64,000 nt of DNA from Polyangiaceae bacterium (GTDB lineage Bacteria; Myxococcota_A; Polyangia; Polyangiales; Polyangiaceae): contig JBILLK010000008.1 of the NCBI GenBank assembly GCA_044376115.1, positions 256,001 to 320,000 of the forward strand. The letters run 5' to 3'. The notes beneath the pieces are model-generated. The model saw nothing but the letters and a program-made list of their open reading frames with translations. It was not told where the DNA came from and did no database searches. Made by a program: the position numbers and the translations under genes. Shown piece after piece: positions 37,947-46,121 of the stretch (positions are counted from its first letter, which is position 1; each line of letters starts with the position of its first letter).

Positions 37947-38372
37947 CTAACCTGCGCGCAAGATTCGCGTCACACCCGCGCGAGCGCGCTCGAGCGCGGG
38001 GCTGCGCGGTGCAGTGCCGCCGCGACCACAGAGCCAAACGGGCTGACCATCGAGCTCAAAAGCGAGCTGTTCGGCCTGAGCCGAGACCAACGCCACGCGA
38101 GCGCTCACCACGCTTCGGAGCCCAGCCTTGCCGAGCAACGGGGCGTAAGCAGCCAACTCCTCACAAACTGGCCACGCACCGGCGCCAGCAACCAGACATC
38201 CCGTCTCATCGGCAAGCACGAGAGCGTCGAGCGAAGCCGACCTTCGAACTTCGGCCAATTGATAGTGGAGCGCAGTGATCGGGTCGCTGCTGCGACGCCT
38301 TCTGCGCTCACTTGCGCTGCTGTTGGAGCCTTCGGGCGATACTGCCTTGGAATTCGAGCTGTTGATCGTCAT
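37947..38372 (-). CDS. Roadblock/LC7 (MglB)-like small protein
   Basis: LDALVLADETGCLVAGAG...EELAAYAP pattern; ATG 38372. Confidence 0.6.
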   Translation of the reverse strand: MTINSSNSKAVSPEGSNSSASERRRRRSSDPITALHYQLAEVRRSASLDALVLADETGCLVAGAGAWPVCEELAAYAPLLGKAGLRSVVSARVALVSAQAEQLAFELDGQPVWLCGRGGTAPRSPALERARAGVTRILRAG

Positions 38373-38501
38373 GGTGGTTGGGCTGGGAGCGCAGGCTCGA
38401 AGCACATCCTGGTCAAGGTAGCGGCTGGCGGCCAAGTTCAAGACTCGCCGACCGCGGACAATGCTGGACGGAGTCATACGAGCAGGCGTTATCCTGCGCG
38501 A

Positions 38502-41156
38502 ATGATCGAGGTCGCCCCCGAACGCTTGCTCGCCGCTGGTCGACGTTTCCGGGCGTTCTTCCTCGAACTGCGCAACTCCTTCATGGAGCGCGACGACGTG
38601 CTCGTGCAGATGGCCTTGGCACTGTTGGCGAAAGAGCACGTGCTCTTGACTGGTCCGCCTGGCACCGCGAAGAGCCAGCTCTCCTCCGCGGTGCTGGGGC
38701 GGATCGTGTGCGAAACGACTGGCGCCCCCAGCCTGTTCTCACGGCAAATCACCGAGAGCACCGTGCAGACGGATCTGATTGGGCCGATCGACTTCAAGAA
38801 CCTCACCGAGACGGGCCGCACGACGCACTTTACCGATGAAGGCATGCTGGGGGCGGCGCACGCCTTTCTCGACGAGGTATTCGACGGTCGCGACATGTTG
38901 CTTCGCTCGGCGCTCAACGTCCTACAAGAGCGCGAACTCAAGCAAGGCCAAGTGGTCACGCGCGGACGCATCGAATGCGCGGTGATGACCAGCAACCGCT
39001 ACATCTCCGAGGTGCTCGAGCAGTCGCGGGACACGTTGCTAGCCTTCGTGGACCGCATCGCCTTTGTGGGCTTTGTCCCACGCGGGTTCGCCGATCCGAG
39101 CCATCTCGCTCGCATTCTTCGGCAACGCACGCGGTCCAGCGGCAAGTTCGGGTTGGATGCCTTGCTCACCATCCAAGACCTCGACGTTCTGCAAGCTGCG
39201 GCCGATGAAGTCTTTATCGCGCCTGAGCTTTGCGATCAGCTTGCCGAGCTGCTGCAGAGCTTCGACAGCGAACTTGCGAACACCGTGCGCGCCGATCCGA
39301 GTTTCATGCCTACGCGCTACATCTCGACGCGCACCGCCGTTCGCTGCGCTGCGCTGCTGCGCGCCGCGGTGGTCTACGAATGGGCGATGGGAGCGGAGAA
39401 CCGAGCGATGGAGGCAACGCGCGAAGACCTCGGTTGGCTGCGACTGCACCTGCTGCTCGCGGGCCCATCGCCTAGCCAAGCGGAACAGCTGCAACTACGT
39501 GAGGTCGACCCGATCGAAAAGCGCCAACTCATGCTGCTGCAACGTGAGCGGGAGATCTTCGACGCCTGCTTCCGGAAGCTGCCGATGCAGGTACTTTCGC
39601 GTAAGCCGCAGGCCCCCAAACCAGCGGCTAAACCGCCGCCGCTCCCGGCGCCTACGTCGGTGACCGCCGCAAGAAAGTCCGATCTGAGAGATGTGTTGGA
39701 CATCTTGTCGGGGCGCGTCGAAACGGCGATCGCGCGCGCCGACAGCTCGGGTCTCAGCGCGCTCTTGCGAGAAATCTCGCTTCACTGCCGTAAAGAGGGT
39801 CCCGATCTCCCAAAAGCACGCGCGTTGCTCGAACGCGCAACAACTGCGGTGGCGAGCGAGGGCCTGCGCGCGACCATGCGCGTCGCCGAGCCCGAGAAGG
39901 ACCTGGTCGAAGCGGCCCGCGCCATCGTCGAGGTCGCCACCGCACTCGAGGATGGCTCCGCATCGATGCACCCGACCGCACGCTGGATGCAAGCGCGCGC
40001 TTTGGAGGTGCTCAACCAAGCCGTGCGCTTCACGACGGCGCTTGATTCAGCAACGCTGCGCGAACTCGAGAGCGCCGTTCCCTTCGATGCCCAGACCAAA
40101 TCCGAGAAGGTATTGGGCGTCGTCGAGAGAGTTGCCGAGCTCCGCAAACACCTTCTCGCTGGCTCAGCTGGCAGCAGCCCCTCCGCGGCAGACAACGAAT
40201 GGTCCGCCGCAATCGATCGAGTCGAGGCCGATCTCGTGAGACTTTGGGCTCGCGACTTCGCCCAAAGTTCGGCGACGCTGCTTAGGGACGTGGAGGCCAA
40301 AGGGCCCAGTGCGCTGCTTGCGACGCTCGCTCCCGTCTTGCGTCGACTGGACGTGGTGGATGAGCAGCTCACCCAATTCCGGAGCGAAGCTCGCAACGCT
40401 GAGCGGACCGTGAAAGCTCAGGTGGTCGGCCCCAAGCTCGTGGTGCTATTTCAAGAGACGCTCGAACGCAGCGACCTGACCGATCGCGAGGGCTTGCTCC
40501 AACAAGTACGGGACCTGGTTGCAACCCTTGGGGAGCACGGGCTCTCGAGCGCCATCCCGGTCGACCAATGGCTCACGCTCGTAGCGCGGGCGCTCGACGC
40601 TCGCGAGCCGGAAGTCGAGGCGGCAGATACAAGCCTCGACTTCTCGGGCTACCGGCGGATGCGAGCCCGCGAACAGCGGACGCCCCTAGCGTGTACCTTG
40701 GCTGAGGTGGCGCTGATCGTTGACCCACGGCTTTCAAAGGGTCTGGGCCAAGACGGCCCGCTCGAGTTGCCGAAAGTCCTCGGCCTCGTGAGCCCGTCGT
40801 TGCGCGAGGAGATCGTCGCGCACGATCTGGCGCGGGCCAATCGTGCGATTCGCTTCCTCGAGGACTGGTGGCAGTCGCTCGCACCGAAGCAGTTGGGACA
40901 AGCCACGACCCAGGAGAGCGACGCTCTCGCAGACTCGGGGCTGCTCGAGATCGTTTGGGGGGAAAGTGCGCTCGCTCGCTTTGCGTTGGAGATGCATCTT
41001 CTTGAGCAGCTCATCCCGGAGTCCTCACGAAAGGCCGCTAAACTCCAGAAGCGCATCGCTTTGCTTCAAGCCGCGATCCGTGAAGCCGGGCTTGGCATCG
41101 CAGACACCCACGCACGCTCAGCTTGGAGTCGCGCGGTCAGCAACGATGAAGCCTGA
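38502..41156 (+). CDS. MoxR/RavA-like AAA+ ATPase with long helical C-terminus
   Basis: EHVLLTGPPGTAKS (Walker A), AFLDEVF (Walker B), TSNR, FVDR, ISTR; ATG 38502. Confidence 0.88.
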   Translation: MIEVAPERLLAAGRRFRAFFLELRNSFMERDDVLVQMALALLAKEHVLLTGPPGTAKSQLSSAVLGRIVCETTGAPSLFSRQITESTVQTDLIGPIDFKNLTETGRTTHFTDEGMLGAAHAFLDEVFDGRDMLLRSALNVLQERELKQGQVVTRGRIECAVMTSNRYISEVLEQSRDTLLAFVDRIAFVGFVPRGFADPSHLARILRQRTRSSGKFGLDALLTIQDLDVLQAAADEVFIAPELCDQLAELLQSFDSELANTVRADPSFMPTRYISTRTAVRCAALLRAAVVYEWAMGAENRAMEATREDLGWLRLHLLLAGPSPSQAEQLQLREVDPIEKRQLMLLQREREIFDACFRKLPMQVLSRKPQAPKPAAKPPPLPAPTSVTAARKSDLRDVLDILSGRVETAIARADSSGLSALLREISLHCRKEGPDLPKARALLERATTAVASEGLRATMRVAEPEKDLVEAARAIVEVATALEDGSASMHPTARWMQARALEVLNQAVRFTTALDSATLRELESAVPFDAQTKSEKVLGVVERVAELRKHLLAGSAGSSPSAADNEWSAAIDRVEADLVRLWARDFAQSSATLLRDVEAKGPSALLATLAPVLRRLDVVDEQLTQFRSEARNAERTVKAQVVGPKLVVLFQETLERSDLTDREGLLQQVRDLVATLGEHGLSSAIPVDQWLTLVARALDAREPEVEAADTSLDFSGYRRMRAREQRTPLACTLAEVALIVDPRLSKGLGQDGPLELPKVLGLVSPSLREEIVAHDLARANRAIRFLEDWWQSLAPKQLGQATTQESDALADSGLLEIVWGESALARFALEMHLLEQLIPESSRKAAKLQKRIALLQAAIREAGLGIADTHARSAWSRAVSNDEA

Positions 41157-43632
41157 CTCCAAGCGTCCCAAGTTCGAGCATCGGCTAGAGAAGTTAACGC
41201 TCGATCCGAACCGAGCCGGGGGCGTCGTCGATCGGATTTTGGCGCCACTCCTGCGCTTGACCAACTATTCGCCCAAGCTTCGAACCGAGCGTTGTTCCGC
41301 TTTGGTGGCGGCGCTGAGTGCGTCCGATGACGCAGGGATCTCGATCGACAAGCTGCTCGATGCAGCCTTCGATGAACTCGCCGACAACCTCGCGCTGAGC
41401 GAGCGAGCATGCGCCGCCCACGGCAGCATTCCGATCGCTCACGCGGCCTGGTTGCATCGGGTAGGCCGCCTGCTCGAGCGCATCGAGGAGGCGCACCAAC
41501 GCGGAGAGGCGCACACGCAGCGCAGACTCGCCGAGGGGCTGATGTTGCGCCCGCTGGTGCTCCAACAGACGAACGCATCGGCCGCTGAGTCGGCGGCGAC
41601 CGCGGTCGAGCAACCTGTTCACGTTAGCGCGCAGCGCCTGCTCGAGTTGCAACTCGCTGCCATCGATCACGTGGTGGAGGCCGCTCGCGCGGAGCAGTCC
41701 TTCCTCGAACGACGACGCAGGTTGCTGGAGGGAGCCCGACGCTTGCTGCTCGACGCTAGCGCCTCGCTCAAGCTCGACGCGCAGGCCCAACGCGAGCGTG
41801 AAGACTACATCGCTCGCGAGATCACTAGCATCGACCGCCTTGAAGCAAAGGGGATCACAGCGCAGGTTGCGCTGAGCGCCCAAGCGCGCTCGGCGCTTCG
41901 TCGCGGCGACCGCGAGCGCCTGTTCGCCGCTTTGGTCGCGATCGAGAACGGTGCCCGCGCCGTCGGCAACAAACGGCGAGCCGAATGCGCAGCCAGAGCA
42001 CTGCAGCGGATCGCTGGCAGCCGCGCGACGCAGGGCTCGCTCGATGAGCTAACGGAACAGACCGTGGGCGGGCAATTCGCACGGCAAATCGACGCTGCGC
42101 TCGAGCGCGCTCGAGCCCACTATCAGACCGCGATACGCGCCCAGGACGCGGATGAGCGCAGCACAGCGTTCATGGCGCTCGACTATCTGAAGCCTGCCAT
42201 CAACGCGGCGCTCAAGCAGGCGCTGCTCAGCACCGACGGCTACTTCGAGGTTGGCGCAAGCCTGTGTCCAGTGCGCGCCGCCGAGGTCGAGACCTACGCA
42301 AGGCTGGTTCGCTACCCGACCCGCGACATGCTGTTCGTCCTGGCGCGAGACCCGGCCGACTTAGCCACCGCAGCGATCGATGACCCGCGCACCGTCTTGC
42401 TCGATCTTGCGGCTGGGCGACTGCTCACGCGTCGCTTCGTCGAGCAGGAGGAACGCACGGTGGTTCGGCGCCGACTGGTCGGAGAAGTGCGCGTCTACCT
42501 CTTGGATGCGTCGGCTTCGATGCACAACGACGGAGTAGCGCGCGCAACGATGCGGGACGCCATCATGCTGAGTGAGCTCGCTACGACGCTGCAGCGCCTC
42601 GAGCAAATGGATCGCACGACGCGATTGTCTCTCTACTACCTGCATTTCACGAAAAAGCTCGGGCCCATCCACCGCGTGGCGAACGGCAAAGAAGCGCTCG
42701 CGGCGATCGGTGACGTCGTTGGGACGGTGCGTGGAGGCGGAACGGACATCCAAGGTGCGCTCGAAGGGGCCTTCGAAGTCATTCGCAATGCACGCAAGGA
42801 CGACCCGGACCTGGCGCGCGCAAACATCGTGCTCGTCACCGACGGCGAAGCTCCCATCGACGCAGCAGCGCTCGAAAGGGCGCGGCGTGGAACCTCTGGT
42901 GTGGCGATCGGAGTTAGCGTGATCGCGCTCGGTGAAGAGAACCGCGTGTTACGTGACTTGGTCGCAACGCAGCGAAAGGCCGGGCAACGAGCCTTCTACC
43001 ACTTCATCGATGATGACAGGCTCAAGGCCGTTGCTGCGGGCCAGTTGGACGTGAACTCCGCGCTCATGTTGAAGGCTCCCGAGGTGGAGCTCGAGCTGCA
43101 CAAGGACCAACTCGAGAAGATATTGGATGAGCTCTTGGAGGTTGAGCGCGAAGAAGCTGGGCAGCTGCGCAAGGGAGCTGCGGCCGAGAGAACCTCGATC
43201 TTCGCTGAGCCCAGCGAAGGGCCGCTGGCGCTCGAAGAAGCTGCAGCCCGCGACACCGTGGCGGTCGCAAAACGGTTCGGGCGCTGGTTTCCCGCTCCGA
43301 AGGAACAAGCTCCCCGAGCGATCGATGAAGCCGACGAGGTCGACCTGGAGGCCGCCAAGGTTGTCTTGGCCACCATCGCTGAGGTCGTCGGGGAACTCGG
43401 CGCCTCCGCGCTCCACCGCAAGGCCGACGCGATCGAGCTATTGGAGCGGTTGCTGCGGGACGCGCGGCTCTCGCCAGGACGCTATGACGAACTCACAGCG
43501 CGTTATCCGCAGGCCCTCCACGAAGCGTTGTTCAGTGTTCACGCCGCAGCCCAAGGCTCCGCGACCTGGTTCGATACGAAGCTGAGTCAGCAAGCCATGA
43601 AGGCGCCGAAGGCTAAGGCTCGCCGGCGCTGA
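41146..43632 (+). CDS. vWA-domain protein (ViaA-like partner)
   Basis: MIDAS LLDASASM, GGTDI, LVTDG; start overlaps the AAA gene end. Confidence 0.88.
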   Translation: MKPDSKRPKFEHRLEKLTLDPNRAGGVVDRILAPLLRLTNYSPKLRTERCSALVAALSASDDAGISIDKLLDAAFDELADNLALSERACAAHGSIPIAHAAWLHRVGRLLERIEEAHQRGEAHTQRRLAEGLMLRPLVLQQTNASAAESAATAVEQPVHVSAQRLLELQLAAIDHVVEAARAEQSFLERRRRLLEGARRLLLDASASLKLDAQAQREREDYIAREITSIDRLEAKGITAQVALSAQARSALRRGDRERLFAALVAIENGARAVGNKRRAECAARALQRIAGSRATQGSLDELTEQTVGGQFARQIDAALERARAHYQTAIRAQDADERSTAFMALDYLKPAINAALKQALLSTDGYFEVGASLCPVRAAEVETYARLVRYPTRDMLFVLARDPADLATAAIDDPRTVLLDLAAGRLLTRRFVEQEERTVVRRRLVGEVRVYLLDASASMHNDGVARATMRDAIMLSELATTLQRLEQMDRTTRLSLYYLHFTKKLGPIHRVANGKEALAAIGDVVGTVRGGGTDIQGALEGAFEVIRNARKDDPDLARANIVLVTDGEAPIDAAALERARRGTSGVAIGVSVIALGEENRVLRDLVATQRKAGQRAFYHFIDDDRLKAVAAGQLDVNSALMLKAPEVELELHKDQLEKILDELLEVEREEAGQLRKGAAAERTSIFAEPSEGPLALEEAAARDTVAVAKRFGRWFPAPKEQAPRAIDEADEVDLEAAKVVLATIAEVVGELGASALHRKADAIELLERLLRDARLSPGRYDELTARYPQALHEALFSVHAAAQGSATWFDTKLSQQAMKAPKAKARRR

Positions 43633-43643
43633 GTCTGGCGATT

Positions 43644-43892
43644 TCAGCCTCGCTTAACGCCTAAGAGCGCCTGCACAGCCAGGCCCCAGCGGCGCATCCA
43701 ACCGGTCGGCTCGCTGCACAAAGTGGGCGGAGTCTCCAACCCGAAGCGCTTTTGCAGCAATCGCTCCGCCCGCCGGATCGACTCGGGGTTGTTGCGGTCA
43801 TAAACCACCATCGGCTCGCCCGAGACGTCCTGCCCCTCAGGCCCTTCGTAGTCATAGCGTGAAGAGGTGGTGACCCCGTGAACCCCCGGCAT
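43644..43892 (-). CDS. Small hypothetical protein
   Basis: Fills gap on the same strand as upstream gene; no recognisable motif. Confidence 0.45.
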   Translation of the reverse strand: MPGVHGVTTSSRYDYEGPEGQDVSGEPMVVYDRNNPESIRRAERLLQKRFGLETPPTLCSEPTGWMRRWGLAVQALLGVKRG

Positions 43893-43964
43893 GGGCAGCA
43901 GTCTGCCCGAGGCTGGTGACAAGTCGGTGACAACCAGACCAATTTGCGCAAATCGATGCGCGTT

Positions 43965-44834
43965 CTAACGCACGCGCTGCGAGTGCGTTAGAGGCTCGGC
44001 CTCGGCTTCAGCGTCGGCTGTTTGAGCGGATAGGTCACCAGCAGTCGCGCCGGCAAGCCGCGCCCCCCCGTGAGCAATGCGTGCCCTCGACTCCTCGGAC
44101 GCAGCCTCTTCGCGTTGTGCCACGCCCTTTCGAATCAAGGTGATCGCGCCCTCGGTGATGGAGCGCCGCACAGCCGCACGGCCTTTGCCGATCGAGCGGG
44201 CAATCAGCGCGATGACAAAAAGCACCAGCAGGATCCAACTTGCGAACAGGACGGAGCCAATGGCCGCAAAGCCAGCGGCGGCCAACGCCACCGTCAATGG
44301 AACACCGACGCCAACGCCAACGCCGACGCCGCCGCCAACCCAAAGACCGATCAGCACCGGCCAGTTCAGCTCCTCGACCAACAGCGAGGTTTGGCCGTTG
44401 CGCCGGGCCACTCGGACGACGAGCAGGCGCTGATTTTGCCCCATCGTGGAGCTCGTCCAGACGAGGCTCTTACCGAAGTTGTCCAGCCGACCAAGCATGC
44501 CGGTGCGGTCGCGACAAAGCTCAACGATCTCCTCGACGGTCTCATCGTCGACCAGACCGTCGAAGGTGGCTTCCTGGCGTGCTCTCAAGGCCATGCCCAA
44601 GAGCGGTGTCCGCGGTTCGGGCTCCCCTCCCAAACTTGGCGCGGAGGAAGCCGAGAACAGCTCCTCTTCAGTGATGCCAAGACGTGAAGCAAGCTCAACG
44701 AACTCGAGCTTCGAGATCGTGCCATCGGCGACGTTCGATTGAGCAAGAGCGCGCAGCAGCAGCTTGCGGGCTTCTGCACGCTCAAACTGCTGTTCACGAA
44801 AAGCGCCCAGCACAGCCTTGCGATCAGACTTCAC
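43965..44834 (-). CDS. Hypothetical two-TM membrane protein
   Basis: N-terminal ELASRLGI helix, Gly-rich TM hairpin. Confidence 0.7.
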   Translation of the reverse strand: MKSDRKAVLGAFREQQFERAEARKLLLRALAQSNVADGTISKLEFVELASRLGITEEELFSASSAPSLGGEPEPRTPLLGMALRARQEATFDGLVDDETVEEIVELCRDRTGMLGRLDNFGKSLVWTSSTMGQNQRLLVVRVARRNGQTSLLVEELNWPVLIGLWVGGGVGVGVGVGVPLTVALAAAGFAAIGSVLFASWILLVLFVIALIARSIGKGRAAVRRSITEGAITLIRKGVAQREEAASEESRARIAHGGARLAGATAGDLSAQTADAEAEAEPLTHSQRVR

Positions 44835-44904
44835 GGCGCGGGACTCTCACCTCCCCCATGATCGTTGTGTTCTGTCACGCCAGCAACCCTCGCTTGGACT
44901 ACGA

Positions 44905-45147
44905 GTTGATTCGGGCCTTCGGTCGTTTCTATCGAAGAGCGCACGAGTCATTCACTTCGTGCCTTCGGCACTCCGTAGACCTCCCTGGACTCCGTCCACT
45001 TCGTGGACTCTGTCCACTCCGGTTCTGTTTGCTGCTTCAACCTTCGGTTGAATGACTCGTGCCAAGTCGAGGTTGATTCGGGCCTTCGGTCGTTTCTATC
45101 GAAGAGCGCACGAGTCATTCTGTTTGCTGCTTCAACCTTCGGTTGAA
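44905..45147. repeat. Modular palindromic repeat cluster 1 (modules A-B-C then A-C)
   Basis: 49-bp A at 44905-44953 and 45072-45120 (identical); 72-bp B at 44954-45025; 27-bp C at 45026-45052 and 45121-45147. Confidence 0.9.
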
Positions 45148-45161
45148 CTACCTTGTATCGA

Positions 45162-45902
45162 GTGAAAGGTTTCATCGACCTCCATTGCCACTGGGTCGCC
45201 GGTATCGACGACGGCGCGCGCTCCACTGAGGATTCCCGGGCGATGCTGCTCGGCCTCAAGCGAGCTGGCTTCGATCGAGTCGTGGCGACGCCCCACATGC
45301 GGCCTGGCATGTTCGAGAACAGCCGCGACGATCTGCAGGCCGCGTTCGAGAGAACATGCCTTGCGCTTGGTCCCGATCTAGCGACTCCCGCGTTTCCGGC
45401 CGTTGGCCTTTCGAGTGAACACTGGCTGGACGACGTCGTGTTGCGACGCGTGATCGAAGGGTCGGGCGTACCTTACCCGGGAGAGCACGCGGTGCTCTTT
45501 GAGCTGGCTCCAGGCCCCTTTCCGCAGCGCCTGGCGAATCGGCTGTACGAGCTTCGTCGCAAGAAGCTGCGCCCGGTGTTGGCCCACCCGGAGCGCTATG
45601 AGCCGGTATGGAAAGACGCTGAAGTGGTCGAGCCGCTGCTCGACGTCGGGGTGCTTTTACAGTTGGACGTGGCGGCCCTGGCCGGAAAGTACGGGCGCTC
45701 CCCTCGCAAGGCGGCCGAAGAACTGCTTGAACGTGAGGTCTACAGCCTCGCCTGCAGTGATGCGCACAAACCCGCTGATCTGGCCGATGTGACGGCCGGC
45801 ATCGAGGCGCTTTTCAAGCGCGTGGGCGAGGAAGAGGCACGCTTCCTGTTGTCGCAAGGCCCGGCAGCCATTCTGTCCGGGGACTTCGACGCCTTCGAGT
45901 GA
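45162..45902 (+). CDS. PHP-family protein-tyrosine phosphatase (CpsB/CapC type)
   Basis: IDLHCH, DDGA, ATPH, LAHPERY, SDAH. Confidence 0.92.
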   Translation: MKGFIDLHCHWVAGIDDGARSTEDSRAMLLGLKRAGFDRVVATPHMRPGMFENSRDDLQAAFERTCLALGPDLATPAFPAVGLSSEHWLDDVVLRRVIEGSGVPYPGEHAVLFELAPGPFPQRLANRLYELRRKKLRPVLAHPERYEPVWKDAEVVEPLLDVGVLLQLDVAALAGKYGRSPRKAAEELLEREVYSLACSDAHKPADLADVTAGIEALFKRVGEEEARFLLSQGPAAILSGDFDAFE

Positions 45903-45906
45903 GGCC

Positions 45907-46089
45907 AGTCATTCACTTCGTGCCTTCGGCACTCCGTAGACCTCCGCGGACTCCGTCCACTTCGTGGACTCCGTCCACTCCGGTTCACTTCGTGCCTTCG
46001 GCACTCCGTAGACCTCCCTAGGGCCTTCGGCCGTTTTTTCCCGAGAGGGCACGAGTCATTCTGTCTGCTGCATCAACCTTCAGTTGAAT
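45907..46089. repeat. Modular palindromic repeat cluster 2 (A tail, B, partial B, diverged A, diverged C)
   Basis: B at 45915-45986, partial B 45987-46019, A' 46021-46061, C' 46062-46089; same orientation as cluster 1. Confidence 0.9.
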
Positions 46090-46121
46090 CTGAGCGCCAA
46101 CATAGGCATCACACGCCCCCA

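Noticed and set aside
37917..38501. 195-aa N-terminal extension of the AAA+ ORF
   Set aside because: Overlaps the minus-strand roadblock-like gene; ATG 38502 fits the AAA domain start.
44684..45310. ORFs spanning repeat cluster 1 (44684-45055, 44764-45051, 44948-45310)
   Set aside because: They overlap real genes and translate the palindromic modules; no coding signature.
44905..46089. CRISPR array or integron attC cassette interpretation of the repeat clusters
   Set aside because: No unique spacers between constant repeats, no cas or integron integrase gene, and no clear RYYYAAC...GTTRRRY attC ends; modules abut directly.
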